The notes under the pieces were generated by a model. The model saw only the letters and a list, made by a program, of their open reading frames with translations. It made no database searches and had not been told where the DNA came from. Shown piece after piece: positions 15,800 to 23,255 of a stretch of 39,388 nucleotides of DNA (within the stretch, counting starts at the first letter, position 1; each line of letters begins with the position of its first letter). This DNA is from Fidelibacterota bacterium. Lineage in GTDB: Bacteria > Fidelibacterota > Marinisomatia > Marinisomatales > S15-B10. The DNA is taken from the NCBI GenBank assembly GCA_046861655.1, contig JBHIAI010000007.1, positions 1 through 39,388 on the forward strand, given 5' to 3'. The position numbers were made by a program, and so were the translations under genes.

Positions 15800-17326
15800 A
15801 TGAAAAAAGAAATCTACGTATCTGAAACTCCCACCGAAAGGCGGATTGCGATCCTGGAGGATGGGAAACTGGTGGAAGTGTATGTGGAAAAGCCCCACCA
15901 TCAGGGAATGGTGGGAAACATCTACAAGGGAAAGGTGGAGAACGTAATCCCCGGTATGCAGGCGGCCTTCGTGGATATCGGGCAGGACAGCAATGCATTC
16001 CTCCCCTTTTCCGAGATCACCAATCCCGAGCTCCTGAAGGACACCTCCACTTCGGAGGAGGAAGATGAGGGGGAAAACGGTCAAGCCCATCAGAAGCAAC
16101 AGATCGAGGTGGATCTCCAGACAGGACAGGACATTCTCATTCAGGTCATCAAAGAGCCCTTCGCGGGAAAAGGCCCCCGCGTCACCACCAATATCGCCAT
16201 TCCCGGCCACCTGCTGGTTCTGGTACCCAATGCACAGTTCGTGGGTATCTCCAAGAAGATATGGGATAAGTATGAGAAAAGACGTCTGCGGAAGATCATC
16301 AAGAACCTTGTCACGGACGACATGGGGATCATCGCCAGGACCGAGGCGGAAGGAAAGGCTGAAAAGCTGCTCAAGAAGGATTTCGAAATCTTGATGAAAA
16401 ACTGGAGGGCCATGGAGACAAAGGCCAGGAACATGAAGGCTCCTGCGGTGGTGTATGAGGACCTGGAAACCGTTTCCACCGTTATCCGGGATCTGTTGAC
16501 AGCTGATGTATCCGCCATGATCTTCGATTCCCGCAAACTCTTCAGGAGAACTCAGGGATACCTGCAGGACGTGTCCCCCGGGCTGGTATCGAAGGTAGAA
16601 CTGTACCGGGGACGGGTTCCCCTTTTCAGCAAAACGGGTATTGAAGACGAAATCCAGAAATCCCTGCGACAGCGGGTGTGGCTGAAAAGCGGAGCCTACC
16701 TGGTGATTGAGCACACGGAAGCCATGGTCGTGGTGGATGTCAACAGCGGACGGTTCATCGGCAAAGGACGCCATGAAGCCAACTCCCTCAAGATCAACCT
16801 TGAAGCAGCCCGGGAAGTGGCCCGGCAGCTCCGGTTGAGGGACATTGGAGGACTAATTGTCATCGACTTTATCGATATGCAGGAGGAAGAATCCAAGAAA
16901 CAAGTATACAAAGAACTCCGGAAAGAGCTCCGGAAAGACAGGGCCAAGGTGGCGGTATCTCCCATCAGCGAGTTCGGCATCCTTGAGATGACCCGGCAAA
17001 GGATTCGTCTTTCCCTTCTCCACTCCTTGAGCGATGAATGCCCCACCTGCCGCGGCACGGGCCGGATCACGTCCAAAGATGCCATGATCACGCGAATCGA
17101 TGCCTGGCTCAGAGGATTCAGACAGAAAAGTCGAGAGCTAAGGCTCAGACTCCGGGTCCATCCTTCCCTGGCGGAGTACCTGACAAATTCGAAGAAGGAT
17201 GTGGTGAAGAAGTTCATGTGGCAAAACTTTGTCCATATCGACGTGGAAGCGGATGAAACTCTTCCCCCCGACGGGTTCCGGTTCTTCTCAAGAAAAAGCG
17301 GGGAAGAGGTCACGGACAAGGTATAG
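15800..17326 (+). CDS. rng: Ribonuclease E/G family (RNase G-sized)
   Basis: 508 aa; GNIYKGKV, MQAAFVDIG, QVIKEP, DVNSG, LRLRDIGGLIVIDFIDM, EMTRQR, CPTCRGTG. Confidence 0.93.
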   Translation: MKKEIYVSETPTERRIAILEDGKLVEVYVEKPHHQGMVGNIYKGKVENVIPGMQAAFVDIGQDSNAFLPFSEITNPELLKDTSTSEEEDEGENGQAHQKQQIEVDLQTGQDILIQVIKEPFAGKGPRVTTNIAIPGHLLVLVPNAQFVGISKKIWDKYEKRRLRKIIKNLVTDDMGIIARTEAEGKAEKLLKKDFEILMKNWRAMETKARNMKAPAVVYEDLETVSTVIRDLLTADVSAMIFDSRKLFRRTQGYLQDVSPGLVSKVELYRGRVPLFSKTGIEDEIQKSLRQRVWLKSGAYLVIEHTEAMVVVDVNSGRFIGKGRHEANSLKINLEAAREVARQLRLRDIGGLIVIDFIDMQEEESKKQVYKELRKELRKDRAKVAVSPISEFGILEMTRQRIRLSLLHSLSDECPTCRGTGRITSKDAMITRIDAWLRGFRQKSRELRLRLRVHPSLAEYLTNSKKDVVKKFMWQNFVHIDVEADETLPPDGFRFFSRKSGEEVTDKV

Positions 17327-17393
17327 TGTTGACCGCTCGGGAAAGCGTTTGAGGGGTTTTCGAGTACACGAGAACGGGGATCATATTTCCTTT

Positions 17394-17421
17394 TTGAGGG
17401 AAAGATCCAGGACGTTAAATT
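17394..17421 (+). promoter_or_regulatory. Putative sigma70 promoter of rplU-rpmA
   Basis: TTGAGG-16 nt-TAAATT, about 40 nt upstream of the ATG. Confidence 0.4.
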
Positions 17422-17461
17422 TACAGGCTTTCGGAGTCCCGGACTATTCTGGAGAAAAACC

Positions 17462-17857
17462 ATGTATGCTATCGTGGACATATCGGGCAAACAGTTCCTG
17501 GTAGAGCCTGGCGCTCAGATGGACGTTCCCCGTCAGAGCGTCGATCCAGGCAAGAAGGTGACCTTGGACACCGTCCTGTTGCTCGATAACGGAAAGAACG
17601 TTCACGTGGGCAAGCCCACCGTAAAGCAGTCATCGGTGGAAGTCACGGTCATCGAACACGGCAAGACCGCAAAGATTCCTGTATTCAAGAAAAAACGCCG
17701 GAAAGGTTACAGGGTGAAGAACACCCACCGGCAGGATTTTACCCGGATCCGGGTGGACACAATCAAGCAGAAGAAAACGACCTCAAAGACTCCCGCTTCC
17801 TCCAAGAGCAAGACGAAGGTCACCCGAAAGACCTCCAAACCGGCCGAAGGGAACTAA
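17462..17857 (+). CDS. rplU: 50S ribosomal protein L21 with a Lys/Ser/Thr-rich tail
   Basis: MYAIVDISGKQ, GKP, VFKKKRRKGYRVKNTHRQ. Confidence 0.97.
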   Translation: MYAIVDISGKQFLVEPGAQMDVPRQSVDPGKKVTLDTVLLLDNGKNVHVGKPTVKQSSVEVTVIEHGKTAKIPVFKKKRRKGYRVKNTHRQDFTRIRVDTIKQKKTTSKTPASSKSKTKVTRKTSKPAEGN

Positions 17858-17860
17858 TCC

Positions 17861-18112
17861 ATGGCTCACAAGAAAGGAATGGGGAGCAGCAAGAATGGTC
17901 GCGACAGCGAGTCCAAACGGCTCGGTGTAAAGGCCTATGATGGCGAGTTTGTCACCGCGGGTTCCATCATCGTCCGCCAGAGGGGAACCCGGATTCATCC
18001 TGGGCTGAACGTGGGCAGGGGCGGTGACGATACCCTCTTTGCCAAGACCGATGGCATCATCAAATTCGGCCGGAAGGGACCCGGAAGAAAAATCGTCAGC
18101 GTCCTGACCTAA
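17861..18112 (+). CDS. rpmA: 50S ribosomal protein L27
   Basis: [38 protein letters not shown]. No N-terminal pro-sequence and no prp gene between rplU and rpmA. Confidence 0.98.
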   Translation: MAHKKGMGSSKNGRDSESKRLGVKAYDGEFVTAGSIIVRQRGTRIHPGLNVGRGGDDTLFAKTDGIIKFGRKGPGRKIVSVLT

Positions 18113-18229
18113 TCTCCTTCTGTTCTTCCACCTCCGCTCCGATCCATCAACTCCCTCCTACCCTCCCTGGCCGTAAGGTTAGTGGTTGATGACAGAATGA
18201 ACGTGTATACGCCCTCGTCTTTCCCACAA

Positions 18230-18297
18230 GGGGAGCCGGGACCCCCGTCTCGTGGTGAATGCCGTTCGGTCGCTGCGTCACCGGACGGGATTGCTCC
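18230..18297 (+). repeat. Diverged direct repeat, copy 1 (partner at 18796-18863)
   Basis: Ungapped manual alignment gives 51/68 identical positions; both copies end in TCACCGGRCGGGATTGCTCC. Confidence 0.75.
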
Positions 18298-18378
18298 CCG
18301 GGAAGAAAATCGTGGACCATCTTCTCGTCTGGGGAACCGAGACCCTTGACTGTCCGTCGCAGTGACCATCTTCTGTCC

Positions 18379-18777
18379 GGCACTTCTTTTAGCGTAAAAG
18401 AAGTGCCCAAGAAAAACGTCGCTGTAGAGAGATTCAGCCTGGTTTTCGGGTCGCGAAAGGGATCCATTTAACTCCTCCCCCGCCTTCGGCGGTGTCGTCA
18501 AACAGGAAATGGATCTTTTCCCTTTCGCTCCCCTCAAACCGCCCAAGGCTGAATCCTCTCTAATGCGACAAAAACCGAAAAGACAAAAAACGCGGCCATA
18601 GGCCATTTGTCCAGAAAGGGATTGCCAAGACCGTGGGAGAGAATCCGTGACTGTCTGAGGAGTCCCGCAACAGCGGGACGACGAGTTTCACGGATTCCCA
18701 CGGGCGAAGGAAAGACCGGACAAATGGGCTCCAGGCCGCTGGTTCTTTTGGTACTTTTCTTAGGTTAAGAAAAGGAC
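18379..18777. repeat. Composite structured element: two back-to-back long-hairpin units with a shared core motif and terminal hairpins
   Basis: Unit A (minus sense) 18379-18569, A-rich linker 18570-18591, unit B (plus sense) 18592-18777. Both contain CTGTYTGAsGA-hairpin-GAsGAGTT and end in TTCTT..GGyACTT..hairpin. Confidence 0.8.
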
Positions 18778-18795
18778 GAAACAATCTTTTCGGGT

Positions 18796-18863
18796 GGGAA
18801 ACCGTCACCCGCGTCAGGCGGAGAACGTCATTCGTTCTTTGCCTCACCGGGCGGGATTGCTCC
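18796..18863 (+). repeat. Diverged direct repeat, copy 2
   Basis: See 18230-18297. Confidence 0.75.
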
Positions 18864-18886
18864 GGTCGTTCCTCCCTCGCAATGAC
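18855..18886 (-). repeat. REP-like palindromic unit (GTCATTGCGAG...GCAATC type)
   Basis: Reverse complement is GTCATTGCGAGGGAGGAACGACCGGAGCAATC, with ATTGC/GCAAT arms. Confidence 0.7.
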
Positions 18887-19114
18887 GGGTGGAGACAAGC
18901 GGGCCCATCCAATAAGGTTTCAGGTGTCCTTCGGCGGTCCTTCATGATGCCTCTTGCCCTGGGGATTGGGCCCCACTGACACCGGGGGTCTCTTCTTTTA
19001 TCTTGCCTGTAACCGTTAATTCCTCAACAGAGTCTATCTTCCATGGAGCAGCGTTGCCCTGTTTCAGGTATTCCACAAGCACTGCACTGCGACAAAAAGG
19101 ACTATCATATCGCT

Positions 19115-19143
19115 TTCAGAATCTTCACCTCTTCGGTTAAATT
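19115..19143 (+). promoter_or_regulatory. Putative sigma70 promoter of mdh
   Basis: TTCAGA-17 nt-TAAATT; the -10 matches the TAAnyT form seen at other promoters in this window. Confidence 0.4.
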
Positions 19144-19183
19144 ATCATGTGTAGTGAAGTGACGACTTGAAAGGAGGCAAACG

Positions 19184-20119
19184 GTGTCTCGAAAAAAAAT
19201 AGCTTTGATCGGCGGAGGTCAGGTTGGAGGTATCCTGGCCCTGATTCTGGCTGAAAAGGAACTGGGCGACGTTGTGGTTCTGGATATCCCGGACATAGAA
19301 AGTAAAGTCAGGGGAAAGGCCCTGGACATCATGGCAGCCAGGCCCCATGATGGGTACGATGTGAACCTGGAGGGTACCAGCGACTACGCCGGTATTGAAG
19401 GGGCCCATGTCATTGTGATCACTGCCGGTGTCCCCAGAAAGCCAGGAATGACGAGAGACGACCTTCTCAGCATCAACTTGAGGATTATGCGCCAGGTGGC
19501 GGACAATGTGAAGAAATACGCGCCTGATTCCTTCGTGATTGTGGTGTCCAATCCCCTGGATGCCATGGTTTACGCTTTTTACAAGCTGAGCGGTTTCCCC
19601 AAGAACAGAGTGGTGGGCATGGCCGGCGCCCTGGACAACGGTCGGTTCCGTACATTCATTGCCATGGAGACCGGGTTGTCCGTTCAGGACGTTTCCTGCA
19701 TCGTCATGGGCGGCCACGGTCCCACCATGGTCCCCCTCCCGCGCCTAGCCAGCGTGGGTGGTGTTCCGTTGACAGCTTTGCTCTCCCAGGACAAAATAGA
19801 CGCCATCGTGAAACGGGTTCAGGAGGCGGGAACCGAAATCGTTAAGCTGTACGCGAACGGCAGCGCCTATTTCAGTCCCGCCGCGGCGATCGCCGAAATG
19901 GTGGAAGCTTTCCTGAAGGACAAGAAAAGAGTCATTCCCTCCGCAGCTCGGTGCGAGGGTGAATTCGGTATTGACGGTTACTTCATCGGCGTCCCCTGCG
20001 TAATCGGAGCCGGGGGCGTGGAGAGGATCCTGGAAATCGACCTGACAGAAGAGGAAAAAGGATCTCTCGACAACACCCTTGAGGCCGTCAAGAAAACCGT
20101 TGAGGAAACGGGACTTTAG
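19184..20119 (+). CDS. mdh: Malate dehydrogenase (LDH-like type)
   Basis: IGGGQVG, ITAGVPRKPGMTRDDL (Arg specificity residue of MDH), SNPLD, LDNGR, GGHG; AAGGAGG RBS before the GTG. Confidence 0.92.
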   Translation: MSRKKIALIGGGQVGGILALILAEKELGDVVVLDIPDIESKVRGKALDIMAARPHDGYDVNLEGTSDYAGIEGAHVIVITAGVPRKPGMTRDDLLSINLRIMRQVADNVKKYAPDSFVIVVSNPLDAMVYAFYKLSGFPKNRVVGMAGALDNGRFRTFIAMETGLSVQDVSCIVMGGHGPTMVPLPRLASVGGVPLTALLSQDKIDAIVKRVQEAGTEIVKLYANGSAYFSPAAAIAEMVEAFLKDKKRVIPSAARCEGEFGIDGYFIGVPCVIGAGGVERILEIDLTEEEKGSLDNTLEAVKKTVEETGL

Positions 20120-20122
20120 GGC

Positions 20123-20178
20123 CGTTAGACGTTAAACGTTAGACGTTCGACGCTGGACGATCGACGTTCGACGTTGAA
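20123..20178. repeat. Tandem heptamer array (CGTTnGA x8)
   Basis: CGTTAGA CGTTAAA CGTTAGA CGTTCGA CGCTGGA CGATCGA CGTTCGA CGTTGAA, directly after the mdh stop. Confidence 0.9.
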
Positions 20179-20210
20179 GTTTTGCTGCTGGTACCTGGTT
20201 GCCGGAGGGC

Positions 20211-20302
20211 TGTCATGCTGAGCTTGTCGAAGCATGACACTCCAATGACATCGGTCACCCTTCCCTTCGTCTTCGCTCAGGGCAGGCTCGCTCAGAGTGA
20301 CA
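20211..20302. repeat. Inverted pair of REP-like hairpins (GTCAnnCTGAG..CGAAG type), the second with a nested copy
   Basis: TGTCATGCT-GAGCTTGTCGA-AGCATGACA (20211-20239). The reverse complement of 20254-20301 is GTCACTCTGAGCG[AGCCTGCCCTGAGCGAAGACGAAGG]GAAGGGTGAC. Confidence 0.75.
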
Positions 20303-20332
20303 GAAACAAACCTCCGGATTCGTAGGTGATGG

Positions 20333-20398
20333 CTTATCCCTTGATCCTTGCCCCTTGATCCTTTTTTCTTGTCACGCGTTACGCGTCACCCGTTACGG
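20333..20398. repeat. Two adjacent tandem heptamer arrays
   Basis: CTTATCC CTTGATC CTTGCCC CTTGATC CTTTTTT, then GTCACGC GTTACGC GTCACCC GTTACGG. Confidence 0.8.
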
Positions 20399-20414
20399 TC
20401 TTTTTCGGGTTTGG

Positions 20415-20444
20415 TGACAACTTTTTTCCCTATAGATTGTCATA
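20415..20444 (+). promoter_or_regulatory. Putative ECF-type autoregulatory promoter / inverted repeat
   Basis: GACAAC-16 nt-TGTCAT fits the ECF AAC/GTC pattern; the same bases form the palindrome TGACAA-N16-TTGTCA, about 23 nt before the sigma ATG. Confidence 0.5.
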
Positions 20445-20466
20445 CACCTTGTGACAGAAACGGTTC

Positions 20467-21027
20467 ATGGACTCCGAAACCATCACTCTGATTCAGCGGG
20501 CCCAGGCCGGTAACAAGGAGGCTTTTCACCGTCTGGTGGCCCTCTACGACAAGCGAGTGATGGCCCTGGCTTACCGGTTGTCGGAAACGGTTCAGGATGC
20601 GGAGGACCTGTACCAGGAAGTCTTCATGAAGGTGTTCAAGAAGATAAAAACGTTTCGATTCGAGAGTGACTTTTTCACCTGGCTCTACCGCATTACCATG
20701 AATACAGCCTTTAACCTGAAAAAGAAAGCCGGTCGGCTTCGCCTCGTGGAACCGGACGCAGAATGGGCCGAGGACACCCTGGGCTGGATAGCCGATCCCT
20801 CTGCCACCGCCCATGACATGTCCGAGGAGTTGCAGAATGCCGTCACCCGGGCGGTGAAAAAACTATCCCCGAAACAACGGACGGTCTTCGTTCTTAAACA
20901 CCTGGAAGAGCGGAAGATATCCAACATTGCCGCTCTCCTTGACTGCTCCGAGGGGACGGTCAAACGGTATCTTTTCCGGGCCATGGAAAAACTGAGGGGA
21001 GAACTGAAGGAGTATCGTCATGTCTGA
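20467..21027 (+). CDS. ECF RNA polymerase sigma factor
   Basis: DAEDLYQEVF, FFTWLYRI, LSPKQRTVF, IAALLDCSEGTVKRYLFRA. Confidence 0.95.
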   Translation: MDSETITLIQRAQAGNKEAFHRLVALYDKRVMALAYRLSETVQDAEDLYQEVFMKVFKKIKTFRFESDFFTWLYRITMNTAFNLKKKAGRLRLVEPDAEWAEDTLGWIADPSATAHDMSEELQNAVTRAVKKLSPKQRTVFVLKHLEERKISNIAALLDCSEGTVKRYLFRAMEKLRGELKEYRHV

Positions 21028-22006
21028 TCGTCTGAAGAGACTGGCTTATCTGTATGCGTTAGGCGAACTGCCGGCGAAGAAGGCCCGTCGGTTCGAAAAG
21101 AGAAAAGAGTCCTCCCCGGAATTGAAGAAGCTGGTTGAGGAGTTGGAAGGGACCCTAAACCTGACCCGGATGGTAGAGACAAGAGAACCTCCCGAAGCCT
21201 ATTTGATCCGTCAACGAAATCTGTTGAGAGGGAAGATTGAGGCTCTCGACACCACCTCTATCTTCCAGTCCCTTGTGGAGATCCTTACGGATGTCGCGGA
21301 CCGGCTCTTCCAGGTGGTAACCCTTCAGAGACAGCCAGCCGTGGCCGCTGCTACCTATCTTGTTCTTGGACTCATCATTGGCAGGTTTCTGCTCTCCCCG
21401 GGAATCCCTGCTCTCCGGCCCGATATGGCCACCGCATCGGTGGAAGATCGCGTCCAGGCCATTCTGGCTCAGGGAAACCTGGCAGCCACCCGGATTGAAC
21501 CGGTCAGCAACGGGTCGGACAGGATCACCTTCCGGTTAAGGGCAAAGGATGATCTGACCTATACCGGGGGACCTGAGGAACGATTGGTGAGAGAACTTCT
21601 TTACTATCTCCTCCTGAATGAATCCAATCCAGGCCGAAGGCTACAGTCCATAAAGCTCATCTCCCATTTCGATGAGGACGATGAGATGAAAATGGTCCTG
21701 GTGGCGGCCGTGCTGTCAGACGAAAATCCAGGAGTGAGACTAAAAGCCATAAAAAATCTGGCCTCCTATCCTCCCGATAAGACCATCCGGGATGCCTGTG
21801 TAAAGCTTCTTTTAGAGGAGGATAATACAGCAATTCGCATGGAAGCGCTCAACATTCTCACCCACAATCCCGACCAGGGCCTGATTCCCATTCTTCAGGC
21901 GGTAACCCGTCTGGAAGAGAACCCTTACATCCGCTCCCAGGCTGAAGCACTCCTGGAAACCCTGGTGGCTTCGGCAGACGATCTCTCCGGAAACGGGGAG
22001 AAGTGA
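21020..22006 (+). CDS. Putative anti-sigma factor with one TM helix and C-terminal HEAT repeats
   Basis: Overlaps the sigma stop; N-terminal YALGEL anti-sigma-like helix; TM YLVLGLIIG; repeats ESNPGRRLQSI, DENPGVRLKAI, EDNTAIRMEAL, EENPYIRSQA. Confidence 0.8.
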   Translation: MSDRLKRLAYLYALGELPAKKARRFEKRKESSPELKKLVEELEGTLNLTRMVETREPPEAYLIRQRNLLRGKIEALDTTSIFQSLVEILTDVADRLFQVVTLQRQPAVAAATYLVLGLIIGRFLLSPGIPALRPDMATASVEDRVQAILAQGNLAATRIEPVSNGSDRITFRLRAKDDLTYTGGPEERLVRELLYYLLLNESNPGRRLQSIKLISHFDEDDEMKMVLVAAVLSDENPGVRLKAIKNLASYPPDKTIRDACVKLLLEEDNTAIRMEALNILTHNPDQGLIPILQAVTRLEENPYIRSQAEALLETLVASADDLSGNGEK

Positions 22007-23253
22007 CGATGGACCGAACCGTGCTGACCCTGTCTTTCTTGCTCGCTGCAGTCCAGCTCCCGGGCCAGGACCTTTCCCGGATGGCATACAACCGCTATGT
22101 GGGATCCTCCACCTACACCTTTCCAGCTACGGAGCCCGGGCAGCTTGTCATGGAAAATGTGAGAGGTGATATCGTCATCACCGGAGTCTCAACCGGCGAT
22201 GTGGAAATCACAGAGACCGTATCCGTTCGGGCCAGTTCAGAGGAAAAGGCAGCCCGTCTGTATGACGAAGTCAAAGCGTCGGTGAAGCAGGTTTCCGGGG
22301 AGGGCGAGGCCCTGGCCGTCGTAATCGCGGGAAAGTCCTCCCGAGGGTGGCACGCCTCCCTGGACTATTCTATCCGGGTTCCTACGCTCTTTTCGTTGAA
22401 GGTTAACTCCCGGGGTGGCGATGTAGAAGTAGACAAAGTCAAAGGCCAGATTGACCTGATCACAGGGGGTGGTGACATGGATCTGTCTCACCTGACGGGG
22501 AGGGTGACCGCCAGCACCTCGGGAGGGGACATGGACGGGTATGAGCTGAGTGGAAGAGTGTTTCTGAATACCGCGGGGGGTGATATTGACGTTGAAAGTG
22601 TGCAGGGAGATCTGACTGTCCGGACATCGGGGGGCGATATCCGCGTGGAAAACGTCCATGGAGGGGTCTCCGTGACCACGGCAGGGGGGGATATTGATCT
22701 GATGGATATTGAGGGCAGGGAGATTGTGGGACGGACTGGAGGGGGGGATATTGCCGCCGCCGGTATCACGGGAAGGGTAGATCTGTCCACCTCCGGAGGC
22801 AACATCTCCACCGAGAATATCTCGGGGGATCTCGACGCCTCCACCTCCGGAGGAGACATCGAAATGGAGAACACCATGGGAGATGCCCAGGTGTGGACGT
22901 CTGCGGGAGCCATCGTGGGAAAGGAGATGCTGGGGGCCGTGAACGCCCAAACCTCGGCAGGAGACATTGTGATTATCAAAGTGTGGGACTCCGGTCTGGA
23001 TGAACATGATATAGACCTCAAGACGTCAGCGGGAGATATTGAGTTAACACTCCCCGGTAACTTCTCCGCCAGGTTCTGGGCTCGCGTTCTTTCCCCATAC
23101 GAAAAACCGGGGGAGTCCATCGTGACTGATTTCCCTCTCACCATCACGGCTTCCGAGGCCATCGCCCGGGCCAAAGGGACCCTGAATGACGGCGTCTACT
23201 CAGTCAGGCTGGAGTCGGCGGTGGGCACCATAACCATATTCCGGGAGGAGTAA
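22003..23253 (+). CDS. Exported DUF4097-like beta-strand repeat protein
   Basis: Signal-peptide-like N-terminus; about 12 T(S/A/G)GGD(I/M) repeats at roughly 19-aa spacing. The start may be ATG 22009. Confidence 0.8.
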   Translation: MTMDRTVLTLSFLLAAVQLPGQDLSRMAYNRYVGSSTYTFPATEPGQLVMENVRGDIVITGVSTGDVEITETVSVRASSEEKAARLYDEVKASVKQVSGEGEALAVVIAGKSSRGWHASLDYSIRVPTLFSLKVNSRGGDVEVDKVKGQIDLITGGGDMDLSHLTGRVTASTSGGDMDGYELSGRVFLNTAGGDIDVESVQGDLTVRTSGGDIRVENVHGGVSVTTAGGDIDLMDIEGREIVGRTGGGDIAAAGITGRVDLSTSGGNISTENISGDLDASTSGGDIEMENTMGDAQVWTSAGAIVGKEMLGAVNAQTSAGDIVIIKVWDSGLDEHDIDLKTSAGDIELTLPGNFSARFWARVLSPYEKPGESIVTDFPLTITASEAIARAKGTLNDGVYSVRLESAVGTITIFREE

Positions 23254-23255
23254 CC

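Noticed and set aside
18651..18687. Hammerhead ribozyme (CUGAnGA-stem II)
   Set aside because: The required GAAA after stem II is GACGA, no stem I/III junction with an NUH site is apparent, and the sister unit reads UUGACGA.
18901..18974. SRP/6S/other housekeeping RNA in the GGGCCC...GGGCCC hairpin
   Set aside because: Only the terminal arms pair convincingly; no SRP domain IV motif or 6S-like central bubble was recognised.
18109..18979. ORFs 18109-18606, 18147-18467, 18560-18898 and 18794-18979
   Set aside because: No recognisable motifs; they run through palindromic repeats and are best explained as chance ORFs.
20123..20398. CRISPR array
   Set aside because: Units are 7 bp and contiguous, with no 25-45 bp repeats separated by unique spacers and no cas genes.
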